64,000 nt of DNA, from assembly GCF_965641715.1 (NCBI RefSeq), contig NZ_OZ282453.1, one strand, 5' to 3'. The notes beneath the pieces were generated by a model, which had not been told where the DNA came from, did no database searches, and saw nothing but the letters and a program-made list of their open reading frames with translations. Numbering within the stretch: the first letter of the stretch is position 1; each line of letters begins with the position of its first letter. A program made the translations under genes and the position numbers. This document shows positions 12,975 through 24,051 of the stretch, one piece after another. The stretch is from Escherichia coli. GTDB lineage: Bacteria > Pseudomonadota > Gammaproteobacteria > Enterobacterales > Enterobacteriaceae.

Positions 12975-14615
12975 TTACGCGTTTTTCAGAACTTCGCTAA
13001 CAATCTCAACCGCTTCTTTCTCAATCTGCTTGCGATGTTCTTCACCGAGGAAGCTTTCGCAGTAGATCTTATATGCGTCTTCCGTGCCTGACGGACGCGC
13101 GGCGAACCAGCCGTTGTCAGTCATCACTTTCAGACCGCCAATAGAAGCACCGTTGCCCGGAGCAGCTGTCAGGCGCGCGGTGATCGGGTCACCTGCCAGG
13201 GTGCTGGCGCTCACCATTTCCGGAGACAGCTTAGACAGCGCCGCTTTTTGTGCGGAAGTCGCAGCTGCCTGCAAACGGTTGTAGCTCGGCGCACCAAAGC
13301 GTTTTGCCAGTTCGTTGTAGTGTTCCTGCGGGTTCTTACCGGTGACAGCGGTGATTTCCGCCGCGAGCAGACACATGATGATGCCGTCTTTGTCGGTGGA
13401 CCACGGCGTGCCGTCGAAACGCAGGAAGGAAGCCCCTGCGCTCTCTTCGCCGCCAAAGCCGAAGCTGCCGTCGAACAGACCATCAACAAACCATTTGAAA
13501 CCTACCGGGACTTCTACCAGTTTACGGCCCAAGTCGTTGACCACACGGTCGATCATCGCAGATGAAACCAGCGTTTTACCGACGGCAACATCTTTGCCCC
13601 ACTGCGGACGATGCTGGAACAGGTAATTGATCGCCACCGCCAGGTAGTGGTTCGGATTCATCAAACCTGCCGGAGTGACGATACCGTGACGGTCATAATC
13701 CGGGTCGTTAGCAAACGCCAGATCGAACTTATCACGCAGTGCCAGCAGGCCTGCCATTGCACACTCAGAGGAGCAGTCCATACGGATCGCGCCGTCTTTA
13801 TCAAGGTGCATAAAGCGGAAGGTTTGATCGACCTGATCGTTAACGATAGTCAGGTTGAGGTTGTAATACTCGCCAATACGCTTCCAGTATTCGATACCGG
13901 AACCGCCCAGCGGATCAACGCCAAGCGTCAGGCCCGCTTTCTGAATCGCCGCCATATCAACGATATCGGCCAGCCCTTCCACGAACGGCTGCACCAGATC
14001 CTGCTCTTTCACATGACCGGATGCCATCGCTTCGTCGAGGGAGATACGCTTCACGCCTTTCAGGCCATCGGCCAGCAGTGCGTTGGCACGATCTTCCACC
14101 ACTTTAGTGACGTTGGTATCAGCCGGGCCACCATTTGGCGGATTGTACTTGATACCACCATCTTCCGGCGGGTTATGGGACGGTGTAATAACGATACCGT
14201 CTGCCAGCGGGCCACCTTTTTTATTGTGAACCAGGATGGCATTGGAAACGGCAGGCGTCGGGGTGAAGCCATTGTTTTCCTGCACAATAACATCTACGCC
14301 GTTCGCTGCCAGCACTTCCAGAACGGAAATAAATGCAGGTTCGGACAGGGCGTGAGTATCTTTACCCACATAGCAAGGGCCAGTGATGCCGTTTTTCGCA
14401 CGTTCTTCAGCAATTGCCTGAGCGATCGCCAGAATGTGCGGCTCGTTAAAGCTGTGGCGCGCTGCACTGCCACGGTGACCGGAAGTACCGAATTTCACCG
14501 CGTGCTCCGCATTCCCTGCTTCTGGTTTCAGTACATAATATTGCGCCGTCAGTTGGGCGACGTTAATCAAATCACTCTGTTGTGCAGGTTGGCCTGCACG
14601 ATTGTGGATTGCCAT
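12975..14615 (-). CDS. pgm: phosphoglucomutase (546 aa)
   Basis: Starts [12 protein letters not shown]; active-site region TPSHNP present; the track ORF has a 17-codon upstream extension. Confidence 0.95.
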
Positions 14616-14640
14616 TGCTTTGTCCTTTGTCTGCAACGTT

Positions 14641-15186
14641 TTAGATAGTTCCGCAAACCTTCTCAATCAATTCCGCCGGGAATTGCATCGACTGCATGAT
14701 GTGTTCGATCATGCTGCATTTACGGCCGGTGTTGGTGTTGGTGATCACCCAATACGGCGTGCCTGGCACATGTTTCGGCTTGGTCTGATTACCATTTTTC
14801 AGCAGCGTTTGTTCATCTGCCGCAAAGTAAACGCGTGTACGACCGTGCAACGATTCCGTTGCTTCGGCAAACGCCTGGGCGTCAAGAGAATATAGTGTAG
14901 ACAACAGCAGCATAAAGCGATTGACCGCTCGCTTTTGCTCTGCGTATTCATCCGAAAGCAGAAGTTCACGCATTGCGCGAACCTTGTCTTTAATCGTTTT
15001 GACCGGCTTCGCTTCGACGATAGCAGGTGACGCAACGCGAACCTCTTTCGTCACCGGAGCAGCAGGCTGTGATGCGGCGGAAAATTTCAACATACGCCGT
15101 AAAATGTCGGATGCGCTCTCGCCGATATGCTTAGTGTGGCTGGCAATATAGCTGTAGAGTTCATCATCAACTTCAATCGTTTTCAT
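14641..15186 (-). CDS. seqA: negative modulator of replication initiation SeqA (181 aa)
   Basis: Internal Met [18 protein letters not shown] matches the SeqA N-terminus; 25 bp upstream of pgm (seqA-pgm operon). Confidence 0.9.
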
Positions 15187-15370
15187 CTTAATCCAGTGCA
15201 GTGTCTTAGCTGAATACAAGTCGCCAGGAGTATATGAATAAATCCCGGCAGCGGATAGCGTCAAGCCTGGCTTGCAGAAAAACTCGGAATAAACCTTATT
15301 TGTTGCAGCCCTGTGGCACAATGGTCAACATAATACCCTAACCCGACAACGCGAAAAAAAGAACTTTGCC

Positions 15371-16135
15371 ATGAAATTGAATATCCGCGCGCAAACTGCA
15401 CAAAACCAGCACAATAATTCTCCCATCGTTCTTGTCCATGGTCTGTTTGGCAGCCTCGACAACCTTGGCGTACTGGCTCGCGATCTGGTAAACGATCACA
15501 ATATCATCCAGGTTGATATGCGTAACCACGGTCTTTCACCGAGAGATCCGGTAATGAATTACCCGACGATGGCGCAGGATCTTGTTGATACCCTGGATGC
15601 ACTGCAGATCGACAAAGCAACATTTATCGGTCACTCCATGGGCGGTAAAGCGGTAATGGCACTTACTGCACTGGCCCCCGATCGCATCGATAAACTGGTG
15701 GCGATCGATATCGCACCGGTCGACTATCACGTACGCCGTCATGATGAGATTTTCTCGGCTATCAACGCGGTCAGTGAATCGGACGCACAAACTCGCCAGC
15801 AAGCAGCAGCAATAATGCGCCAGCATCTTAATGAAGAAGGGGTGATTCAGTTTCTGTTGAAATCTTTTGTTGACGGGGAGTGGCGCTTTAACGTGCCGGT
15901 ATTGTGGGATCAGTATCCGCATATTGTGGGTTGGGAGAAAATCCCGGCATGGGATCACCCTGCCCTGTTTATCCCTGGTGGTAATTCTCCGTATGTTAGC
16001 GAGCAGTACCGTGATGATTTACTGGCACAATTTCCACAGGCACGGGCGCATGTGATTGCAGGCGCGGGTCACTGGGTCCATGCTGAAAAACCGGATGCGG
16101 TATTACGCGCTATCCGTCGCTATCTCAATGATTAA
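15371..16135 (+). CDS. ybfF: alpha/beta-hydrolase esterase YbfF (254 aa)
   Basis: GHSMGG nucleophile elbow; full-length ORF. Confidence 0.9.
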   Translation: MKLNIRAQTAQNQHNNSPIVLVHGLFGSLDNLGVLARDLVNDHNIIQVDMRNHGLSPRDPVMNYPTMAQDLVDTLDALQIDKATFIGHSMGGKAVMALTALAPDRIDKLVAIDIAPVDYHVRRHDEIFSAINAVSESDAQTRQQAAAIMRQHLNEEGVIQFLLKSFVDGEWRFNVPVLWDQYPHIVGWEKIPAWDHPALFIPGGNSPYVSEQYRDDLLAQFPQARAHVIAGAGHWVHAEKPDAVLRAIRRYLND

Positions 16136-16274
16136 CGCAACTGATTAAAAACCCAGCGTCCGCGTCGCTTTCCGCGCGTGGGCGTTGGCGTGACTCATCG
16201 CGCTGATGTATTATGGCGCGCTATCCATCCGGGCAGAGGCCTGGCTGATTGTTTCCCCCGAAGTCACCAAGATC

Positions 16275-16568
16275 ATGGCCAAAGAACAAACGGACCGTAC
16301 GACATTAGATCTGTTCGCGCACGAGCGTCGACCGGGACGACCGAAAACTAATCCGCTTTCGCGCGATGAACAGCTGCGTATTAATAAACGCAACCAACTA
16401 AAACGCGACAAAGTACGTGGCCTTAAGCGTGTCGAACTGAAGCTGAACGCGGAAGCTGTCGAGGCGCTGAACGAGCTGGCGGAATCGCGCAATATGAGCC
16501 GTAGCGAACTGATCGAAGAGATGTTAATGCAGCAACTGGCGGCGCTGCGTAGTCAGGGCATCGTTTAA
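16275..16568 (+). CDS. ybfE: small DNA-damage-inducible protein YbfE (97 aa from internal Met)
   Basis: Start at MAKEQTDRTT by recognised length; basic helical protein. Confidence 0.75.
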   Translation: MAKEQTDRTTLDLFAHERRPGRPKTNPLSRDEQLRINKRNQLKRDKVRGLKRVELKLNAEAVEALNELAESRNMSRSELIEEMLMQQLAALRSQGIV

Positions 16569-16706
16569 ATTTCCACTTTCATGTAGCACAGTGTGCAGTC
16601 CTGCTCGTTTGCTGATTCCGCAAGACTGCCTGTTCTGCTATGATTGCCTTTATCCGTGGGCAATTTCCCCCCCCATTTCAATAAGTTTCAAGAGGTTATT
16701 TCACTC

Positions 16707-17237
16707 ATGGCTATCACTGGCATCTTTTTCGGCAGCGACACCGGTAATACCGAAAATATCGCAAAAATGATTCAAAAACAGCTTGGTAAAGACGTTGCCG
16801 ATGTCCATGACATTGCAAAAAGCAGCAAAGAAGATCTGGAAGCTTATGACATTCTGCTGCTGGGCATCCCAACCTGGTATTACGGCGAAGCGCAGTGTGA
16901 CTGGGATGACTTCTTCCCGACTCTCGAAGAGATTGATTTCAATGGCAAACTGGTTGCGCTGTTTGGTTGTGGTGACCAGGAAGATTACGCCGAATATTTC
17001 TGCGACGCATTGGGCACCATCCGCGACATCATTGAACCGCGCGGTGCAACCATCGTTGGTCACTGGCCAACTGCGGGCTATCATTTCGAAGCATCAAAAG
17101 GTCTGGCAGATGACGACCACTTTGTCGGTCTGGCTATCGACGAAGACCGTCAGCCGGAACTGACCGCTGAACGTGTAGAAAAATGGGTTAAACAGATTTC
17201 TGAAGAGTTGCATCTCGACGAAATTCTCAATGCCTGA
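16707..17237 (+). CDS. fldA: flavodoxin 1 (176 aa)
   Basis: Starts [20 protein letters not shown], the flavodoxin FMN-binding loop. Confidence 0.95.
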
Positions 17238-17243
17238 TGTGAT

Positions 17244-17272
17244 GCGGCGTAGACTCATGTCTACGCCGTATT
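17244..17272 (+). terminator. hairpin downstream of fldA (partial terminator or attenuator)
   Basis: gcggcgtagactcatgtctacgccgta inverted repeat. Confidence 0.4.
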
Positions 17273-17442
17273 AATAGATAATGCCAATCAAAATAATTGC
17301 TACAAATTTGTAACTTTTGCTGTTGTACCTGTACAATGTCCCGGTGTTCAAGTGGCCTTGCCGTTGTAAATGTAAGCTGTGCCACGTTTTTATTAACAAT
17401 ATTTGCCAGGGACTTGTGGTTTTCATTTAGGCGTGGCAATTC

Positions 17443-17461
17443 TATAATGATACGCATTATC
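17443..17461. promoter_or_regulatory. Fur-box-like sequence at the uof start
   Basis: tataatgatacgcattatc matches 16 of 19 positions of the Fur consensus gataatgataatcattatc. Confidence 0.45.
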
Positions 17462-17533
17462 TCAAGAGCAAATTCTGTCACTTCTTCTAATGAAGTGAAC
17501 CGCTTAGTAACAGGACAGATTCCGCATGACTGA
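17447..17533 (+). CDS. uof: upstream-of-fur leader peptide (28 aa)
   Basis: ATG at 17447 gives MIRIISRANSVTSSNEVNRLVTGQIPHD; ends 8 nt inside the fur ORF (translational coupling). Confidence 0.7.
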   Translation: MIRIISRANSVTSSNEVNRLVTGQIPHD

Positions 17534-17972
17534 TAACAATACCGCCCTAAAGAAAGCTGGCCTGAAAGTAACGCTTCCACGTTTAAAAATCCTGGAAGTT
17601 CTTCAGGAGCCGGACAACCATCACGTCAGTGCGGAAGATTTATACAAACGTCTGATCGATATGGGTGAAGAAATTGGTCTGGCTACGGTATATCGCGTAC
17701 TGAACCAGTTTGACGACGCTGGTATCGTCACCCGCCACAATTTTGAAGGCGGTAAATCCGTATTTGAACTGACACAGCAACATCACCACGATCACCTGAT
17801 CTGCCTCGACTGCGGCAAGGTTATCGAATTTAGTGATGATTCCATCGAAGCGCGTCAGCGTGAAATTGCCGCAAAACATGGCATTCGCCTGACTAACCAC
17901 AGTCTCTATCTTTACGGTCACTGTGCCGAAGGCGATTGCCGCGAAGATGAGCACGCGCACGAAGGCAAATAA
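17526..17972 (+). CDS. fur: ferric uptake regulator Fur (148 aa)
   Basis: MTDNNTALKKAGLKVTLPRLKILEVL..., with HHHDH and CxxC metal-binding motifs. Confidence 0.97.
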   Translation: MTDNNTALKKAGLKVTLPRLKILEVLQEPDNHHVSAEDLYKRLIDMGEEIGLATVYRVLNQFDDAGIVTRHNFEGGKSVFELTQQHHHDHLICLDCGKVIEFSDDSIEARQREIAAKHGIRLTNHSLYLYGHCAEGDCREDEHAHEGK

Positions 17973-17985
17973 GCCAGTCTGAACG

Positions 17986-18016
17986 AGAAAAGCCAACCTG
18001 CGGGTTGGCTTTTTTA
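17986..18016. terminator. bidirectional intrinsic terminator between convergent fur and chiQ
   Basis: aaagccaacctgcgggttggctttttt: perfect 9-bp stem plus T-run. Confidence 0.7.
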
Positions 18017-18055
18017 TGCAAGGGAAATAAGAAAAGCGAGAGTTACAGCTCTCAC

Positions 18056-18382
18056 TTATTTGTTATTACTGCGAATTTCCTGCCAGACCTTATCACAATC
18101 GGCTTTCACCGCCTGATCATTTCCGGTTTGCGTTGCACGCAGACACTGCTGATAATCCAGTACGCGGACACTTTCCTGGTCGGCAAACTGCTGATGTTGT
18201 TTCTCTTTCTTCAGCACGTTTAACACGCTCTGGCAGGCTTCAATTTTTTCCGGCGAACCTTGCGCGGTGTTGATACAGGCGCTGTATGCCTCTTTCAGAC
18301 GACTGTCTTCCTGTGGCGCGGTTGATTGCGCACAAGCTACCAGCCCCGATGCCATCATGGCGATGAGAATCAGTTTTTTCAT
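18056..18382 (-). CDS. chiQ: lipoprotein ChiQ (108 aa)
   Basis: Signal peptide with lipobox LVAC; immediately downstream of chiP. Confidence 0.85.
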   Translation of the reverse strand: MKKLILIAMMASGLVACAQSTAPQEDSRLKEAYSACINTAQGSPEKIEACQSVLNVLKKEKQHQQFADQESVRVLDYQQCLRATQTGNDQAVKADCDKVWQEIRSNNK

Positions 18383-18431
18383 AGCAAATTCCTCAAACGT
18401 GCGGCAGGCACAAAACCTGCCGCGTCGGGCA

Positions 18432-19838
18432 TCAGAAGATGGTGAATGGTGCGATTACCATAAATTTCACGTCGCGCTCATCCTGGAAGATGTTACCGTA
18501 ACCGCCACCCCAGCTTGGGATGTCGGAGTGGTTGTCGTATTCGGTGAAGTGCAGTTTGAACATCGTGCCTTTGGCGCGACCGTCCTGAATGGTGTAGACC
18601 GCATCCAGGCTGTATGCAGACTCTTCAATAGTCCGGTTTTTGTCGTAGTACGCATCCGGATTGCTCTGCCAAGTCGCAGGTTTAGCATCCCATGCGTAAA
18701 CGTAGGAAGCGCCGATGGCGAAGCCTGGAAGATTCCAGTTTTTCAGGTCATACATCGCACCGAAGAAGACCGCTTTTTCGCCGTTGGCGTTGAAGTCAGA
18801 ACGGTTATCCCACCAGATATCCAGGCGGCCGTTGGAAGAAGCGTAGGTTGGAGTCATACGTTGCAGGAAGTATCCCTGCTGACCTTCAGCCTTAACCCAG
18901 GTGCCTTCGAGGCGCAAATCCACTACGTCAGCCGCCCGGTAACCAAAGGTCAACGCTTGCAGCCAGGCGGTGCCGTCATAAAGATCGTTGACGCTGCGAT
19001 CGTCAACTTTATCGCGCGTACCGTAGAACTGGTAGCTGGTGGTTAACGGGCTACCGGCGATATCAAATTTGTAGCTGGCTTTGGCAAAGTATTGATCGAT
19101 ATACCCTTCCGCCTGACCAAATGCCGCTTCCAGTACGAAGTTATTTTTGAAGTCGTATTTCGCACCAAGGGAGTGCAGATAATCAACTTTGGTGGTTTTA
19201 TCGTTCTGATAAAACTCATCCATTTCCAGATGCCACGGTGCTTTGTATTCGTTGGTCCACATGTAGGAGAAACTCAACGCACCAGCATCGCCGTAATCAA
19301 AATTCGCTCCGGCTTCCGCACCCTGATAAGTACCCGGCATAAAGCTCCAGTGAGGCGCTAACAGCGTCTGACCGGTTGGCTGAATATAACCTGCCCTCGC
19401 CCAAACCGGACCGTATTTAAATTTGGCCGCAGCTTTATACAGGCTTATACCGCTTTTGTCGCCGGACCAGTCTTCGTCATAGGCTTTATTACTTTTTGAA
19501 AACGCGATTTCGTTCGGGTGAGAGCTGTCGCCGTTTTCCGCCATTTCAATCGCCGTAAACGCAGCAATATCAAGGCCGAACATATCAGCAGCATAACCGG
19601 ACTGAAAATCGAGGTTGGCATTCCAGGTGGAGTGAGAAAGGTTGGTTTTGTATTTGTCGCCGTCGGTAACATCTTTACGGTCGCGTTCACGCTGCCAGTA
19701 ATATATACCGCCGGTTAAGGTTGAATCGTCGATGAATCCTTCGGCGCGAGCCTCCGGCATTGCCATAAAGCCCGACATTGCTGTAACACCGGCGATAGCC
19801 AGCGCCAGCGTACTACGTTTGCCACTAAACGTACGCAT
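18432..19838 (-). CDS. chiP: chitooligosaccharide outer-membrane porin ChiP (468 aa)
   Basis: Signal peptide, OprD-like beta-barrel, C-terminal aromatic residue (ends ...APFTIF). Confidence 0.93.
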   Translation of the reverse strand: MRTFSGKRSTLALAIAGVTAMSGFMAMPEARAEGFIDDSTLTGGIYYWQRERDRKDVTDGDKYKTNLSHSTWNANLDFQSGYAADMFGLDIAAFTAIEMAENGDSSHPNEIAFSKSNKAYDEDWSGDKSGISLYKAAAKFKYGPVWARAGYIQPTGQTLLAPHWSFMPGTYQGAEAGANFDYGDAGALSFSYMWTNEYKAPWHLEMDEFYQNDKTTKVDYLHSLGAKYDFKNNFVLEAAFGQAEGYIDQYFAKASYKFDIAGSPLTTSYQFYGTRDKVDDRSVNDLYDGTAWLQALTFGYRAADVVDLRLEGTWVKAEGQQGYFLQRMTPTYASSNGRLDIWWDNRSDFNANGEKAVFFGAMYDLKNWNLPGFAIGASYVYAWDAKPATWQSNPDAYYDKNRTIEESAYSLDAVYTIQDGRAKGTMFKLHFTEYDNHSDIPSWGGGYGNIFQDERDVKFMVIAPFTIF

Positions 19839-20219
19839 GGGTTAATCCTCTTTGACGTATAAATTGCTGCACCAAAGGTGAACAGCGAAAAAAAATAAAA
19901 ATTAAAAAAGTAGCGTTGAGAAAAGTCTCGCTGACTACAGGAACAGACTATTTTTCGCGACGCGAATTATCAATCTCTTTCTGTAACCAGAATGTAAGAA
20001 CATGAGCAACCGCACATATTTTGATGATTTTTGTTACAAGGCTTAAGTTTGCGGTTGAAAGGCTTGCAGAAGAATAAAAGCGTGAATTTCCAGCAAGATG
20101 AAAGCGGTTACATTTTATTTAATTATGTTTTGTTATTTTAAATTTATTTTATGGATAAATTGCGAAGCGGAATTAATTCGCGAAGAAAAGCAGAAAAAAC
20201 GCCGCTGAACGCGGCGTTT

Positions 20220-20410
20220 TGGATTGTTTGCATATTTCTTGCCGGATGCGGCGTGAACGCCTTATCCGGCCTACAAAAGCACGCAAACTCAATATATTGC
20301 AGAGATCATGTAGGCCTGATAAGCGTAGCGCATCAGGCAATTTAGCGTTTGAAACTGTTTGTCTGTTCCTTGCCGGATGCGACGTAAACGCCCCATCCGG
20401 CATAGCGAAA
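20220..20410. repeat. BIME/REP cluster (at least three REP units) between glnS and the chiP promoter
   Basis: gccggatgcggcgtgaacgccttatccggcctac, gtaggcctgataagcgtagcgcatcaggca and gccggatgcgacgtaaacgccccatccggca. Confidence 0.75.
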
Positions 20411-20417
20411 CTTAAAA

Positions 20418-22082
20418 TTACTCGCCAACTTTCGCCCAGGTATCACGCAGCCCAACGGTGCGGTTAAATACCGGTTTTTCGGCAGTGGAATGGCGGCTAT
20501 CGAGGCAGAAGTAACCTTCACGCTCAAACTGGAATGCTTTACCCGCAACCGCATCTTTCAGCGACGGTTCAGCAAAGCCCTGTTTGATCACCAGCGATTC
20601 CGGGTTAATCACCGACAGGAAATCATCCGCAGCACCAGGGTTCGGCACACTGAACAGACGGTCATACAAACGGATTTCAACCGGCAGCGCATGTGCCGCG
20701 CTCACCCAGTGAATAACACCTTTGACTTTACGACCATCTGCCGGATCTTTACTTAAGGTATCGGCGTCATAAGTACAGAAGATGGTGGTGATATTACCTT
20801 CGGCATCTTTCTCGACGCGTTCTGCCTTAATCACATAAGCATTACGCAGACGCACTTCTTTACCGAGCACCAGACGTTTGTACTGCTTGTTAGCTTCTTC
20901 GCGGAAATCGGCGCGATCGATCCAAATCTCACCGCTAAACGGCACCTGACGGCTCCCCATTTCCGGTTTGTTCGGATGGTTCGGCATGGTGACCATTTCG
21001 CCTTCGCCCTGATAGTTTTCGATAACCAGTTTCACCGGATCGATAACCGCCATTGCGCGCGGCGCATTTTCGTTGAGATCTTCACGGATGCAGGATTCCA
21101 GCGACGCCATCTCAATGGTGTTGTCCTGCTTGGTCACGCCGATGCGTTTGCAGAACTCACGAATAGAAGCCGCAGTGTAACCACGACGACGCAGACCGGA
21201 AATGGTCGGCATTCGCGGGTCATCCCAGCCTTCAACGTGCTTGTCGGTCACCAGCAGGTTCAGCTTACGCTTGGACATCACAGTGTATTCCAGATTCAGG
21301 CGCGAGAATTCGTACTGGCGCGGGTGAACAGGAATGGTGATGTTGTCCAGCACCCAGTCGTACAGGCGACGGTTGTCCTGGAACTCAAGCGTACACAGAG
21401 AGTGCGTAATACCTTCCAGCGCATCGCTGATGCAATGGGTGAAGTCGTACATCGGGTAGATGCACCACTTGTTGCCAGTCTGGTGGTGTTCAGCAAATTT
21501 AATGCGGTACAGCACCGGATCGCGCATTACGATAAATGGCGACGCCATGTCGATTTTCGCACGCAGGCAGGCTTTACCTTCTTCAAAACCGCCGGTACGC
21601 ATTTTCTCGAACAGCGCCAGGTTCTCTTCAACGCTACGGTCGCGGTACGGGCTGTTTTTACCAGGCTGCGTCAGGGTGCCGCGGTATTCGCGGATCTGTT
21701 CCGGCGTCAGTTCATCAACGTACGCCAGGCCTTTATTGATCAGTTCGATCGCATAGGCGTGGAGCTGATCAAAATAATCGGAGGAGTAACGGACGTTACC
21801 AGACCAGTGAAAACCTAACCACTCAACGTCGTTTTTGATCGAATCGACATACTCGATATCTTCTTTTACCGGGTTAGTGTCGTCGAAACGCAGGTTGCAC
21901 TGGCCTTTATAGTCCTGGGCGATCCCGAAGTTCAGGCAGATAGATTTCGCATGGCCAATATGCAGATAGCCATTCGGCTCCGGCGGGAAACGGGTGTGTA
22001 CTGTGGTGTGCTTACCACTGGCCAGATCTTCATCGATGATCTGACGAATAAAGTTAGTCGGGCGGGCTTCTGCCTCACTCAT
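20418..22082 (-). CDS. glnS: glutaminyl-tRNA synthetase (554 aa)
   Basis: [17 protein letters not shown]...; class I HIGH (HIGH) and KMSKS-like (VMSKR) motifs. Confidence 0.97.
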   Translation of the reverse strand: MSEAEARPTNFIRQIIDEDLASGKHTTVHTRFPPEPNGYLHIGHAKSICLNFGIAQDYKGQCNLRFDDTNPVKEDIEYVDSIKNDVEWLGFHWSGNVRYSSDYFDQLHAYAIELINKGLAYVDELTPEQIREYRGTLTQPGKNSPYRDRSVEENLALFEKMRTGGFEEGKACLRAKIDMASPFIVMRDPVLYRIKFAEHHQTGNKWCIYPMYDFTHCISDALEGITHSLCTLEFQDNRRLYDWVLDNITIPVHPRQYEFSRLNLEYTVMSKRKLNLLVTDKHVEGWDDPRMPTISGLRRRGYTAASIREFCKRIGVTKQDNTIEMASLESCIREDLNENAPRAMAVIDPVKLVIENYQGEGEMVTMPNHPNKPEMGSRQVPFSGEIWIDRADFREEANKQYKRLVLGKEVRLRNAYVIKAERVEKDAEGNITTIFCTYDADTLSKDPADGRKVKGVIHWVSAAHALPVEIRLYDRLFSVPNPGAADDFLSVINPESLVIKQGFAEPSLKDAVAGKAFQFEREGYFCLDSRHSTAEKPVFNRTVGLRDTWAKVGE

Positions 22083-22301
22083 CGTGGATTCCTCAAAGCG
22101 TAAACAACGTATAACGGCGTATGATCTTATAAGCGGGACAGGCTGACAACTGTTAGTTAGCGAAAAAGTGGTTTTGCGTAAGATATTGGGGCGTTTTCTG
22201 CGCTACAGCCAGCAGATCCTCGCGCTGGAGACGTAAGGCCAAACGTCGCCAGCCTGACGCGTTTATTAAATTTCCGGATGAGCTGGCCGCAGAGTCGTAG
22301 A

Positions 22302-23063
22302 TTAATCCGCTATGATTAAACGCGTCGACAAGGACGCCAGCGTTTTGCGCGTCTGCCCATCAAGCTGATTATCCGTAATAATCTCTGTCAGTTCATTAAG
22401 ATGCGCGATATTAAACAGCGACCATGAACCGTATTTTGAGCTGTCAGCCAGGAGAATTTTGCGCGAAGCATGCGCGATAAGATCGCGTTTTAGTGCGGCT
22501 TTCTCTTCCGTGGGTGCTGTAATACCCTTTTCAAGATCCCAGCTGTTACAGCTTAAAAATGCCACGTCCGGCCAGGTATTTTGCAGCATTTTACGACCAT
22601 GTTCGCCAATGCAGGACTGGCTGGAGTCGTCGATACGTCCGCCGATAATCGTCACTTCAATCTGCTTGAATTCAGCCAAAAAAAGCGCGATATGCAGGTC
22701 GCTGGTGATCACGCGAAGCGGTAAATGGGTAATCTGCCGCGCAAGTTCAATCATTGTCGTACCGGCATCAAGGACGACGGAATCCCCCGCTTTGACCATT
22801 GACGCCGCTGCGCTGGCGATGGCATGTTTTTCCGCCAGGCTGCGCTGCATTTTCTCATGGGTAGTCGGTTGGGTAGGAATAAACCGGTTGAGGGTCACAC
22901 CGCCGTGTGTACGGCTGATAACACCCTGCTCATCGAGTTTTATCAGGTCTCGACGAATCGTGGCCGGCGACGCATTGGTTACCGCCACCAGCTCATCAAC
23001 GGTGACCAGATTATGGCTTTTCAGGTAATCCATGATCTGCTCTAACCGGTTATATCCCTTCAT
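22302..23063 (-). CDS. DeoR/GlpR-family transcriptional regulator (253 aa)
   Basis: N-terminal HTH ([30 protein letters not shown]) and C-terminal DeoR-type sugar-phosphate-binding domain; last gene of a three-gene leftward operon. Confidence 0.8.
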   Translation of the reverse strand: MKGYNRLEQIMDYLKSHNLVTVDELVAVTNASPATIRRDLIKLDEQGVISRTHGGVTLNRFIPTQPTTHEKMQRSLAEKHAIASAAASMVKAGDSVVLDAGTTMIELARQITHLPLRVITSDLHIALFLAEFKQIEVTIIGGRIDDSSQSCIGEHGRKMLQNTWPDVAFLSCNSWDLEKGITAPTEEKAALKRDLIAHASRKILLADSSKYGSWSLFNIAHLNELTEIITDNQLDGQTRKTLASLSTRLIIAD

Positions 23064-23064
23064 T

Positions 23065-24051
23065 TTATTCTCGCGAAATCTGCATTGCTAACTGGATGGA
23101 AACTGCCATGCTCTCAGACTTGGCTTTTCCTGTCCAGGCAATATCAAATGCGGTGCCGTGGTCGGCAGAAGTACGAATAAATGGCAACCCGGCGGTGATA
23201 TTCACCCCATCATAAAATCCAAGCAGTTTTAAAGGGATATGCCCCTGATCGTGGTACATAGCCACCACCATATCGAATAGCCCTTCATGGCACTGCATGA
23301 ACACGGTATCTGGCGGGCACGGGCCAGTAACATCAATATCTTCGGCCTGCATTGCTTCAATCGCAGGTGCGATAATCTCGATTTCCTCAGTGCCGAATAA
23401 ACCGTGTTCCCCTGCATGTGGATTTACACCCGCCACGGCAATACGCGGACGCTCAATACCGACACGTTTCAGGAAGTGGTTCGCAACTCGAATAACCGTT
23501 TTGACCCTTTCACCGTTCAATGTATCCAGGAATTTACGCAGTGAGATGTGAGTCGAAATATGGATAACCTTGAGCTTATCGGTATAGAGCACCATCGCGT
23601 ACTCTTTGCTGCCGGTAAGATGGGCCAGCAATTCCGTATGGCCAGGATAGTTATGCCCGCCAAGATGCAGCGCTTCTTTATTCAACGGCGCAGTGGCTAT
23701 GGCTTTCACCTCGCCTGATAAGGCCAGGGCCGTTGCACGTTTGATACAGCGATACGCTAAATCGCCTGCCGCAGCCTGTACCACTCCGGGTGTCAGCGCA
23801 TCGGGGTTAGCCAGCGGCTCATCCATCACGTTAATCACGCCGGGAGCAAAGTGGGCGTCGCACACCTTTTGAATGACGCGTAACTCTGTCTGCGGCGTGA
23901 TATTCATCGCCATAATACGTCGTAACGTGCGCACACAGCCCACCACCACCACCGGGGCACCAGCAAGCCCGGCTTCGCTCAGGGATTTAATAATGATCTC
24001 CGGGCCAATACCCGCCGGATCGCCCATCGTTACCGCAATAATATTATTCAC
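23065..24051 (-). CDS. PdxA-family NAD-dependent dehydrogenase, PdxA2-like (328 aa)
   Basis: Whole-length resemblance to 4-hydroxythreonine-4-phosphate dehydrogenase ([23 protein letters not shown]); starts 8 nt inside the upstream kinase gene. Confidence 0.75.
   Translation of the reverse strand: MNNIIAVTMGDPAGIGPEIIIKSLSEAGLAGAPVVVVGCVRTLRRIMAMNITPQTELRVIQKVCDAHFAPGVINVMDEPLANPDALTPGVVQAAAGDLAYRCIKRATALALSGEVKAIATAPLNKEALHLGGHNYPGHTELLAHLTGSKEYAMVLYTDKLKVIHISTHISLRKFLDTLNGERVKTVIRVANHFLKRVGIERPRIAVAGVNPHAGEHGLFGTEEIEIIAPAIEAMQAEDIDVTGPCPPDTVFMQCHEGLFDMVVAMYHDQGHIPLKLLGFYDGVNITAGLPFIRTSADHGTAFDIAWTGKAKSESMAVSIQLAMQISRE

Noticed and set aside
13611-14648. 345-aa plus-strand ORF antisense to pgm
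   Set aside because: Completely overlaps pgm on the opposite strand; no homology signal; standard shadow ORF.
16136-16274. Possible LexA box upstream of ybfE
   Set aside because: I could not find a convincing CTG-N10-CAG palindrome in the spacer by eye; left unannotated rather than guessed.
20976-21818. 280-aa plus-strand ORF antisense to glnS
   Set aside because: Shadow ORF within an essential aminoacyl-tRNA synthetase gene.
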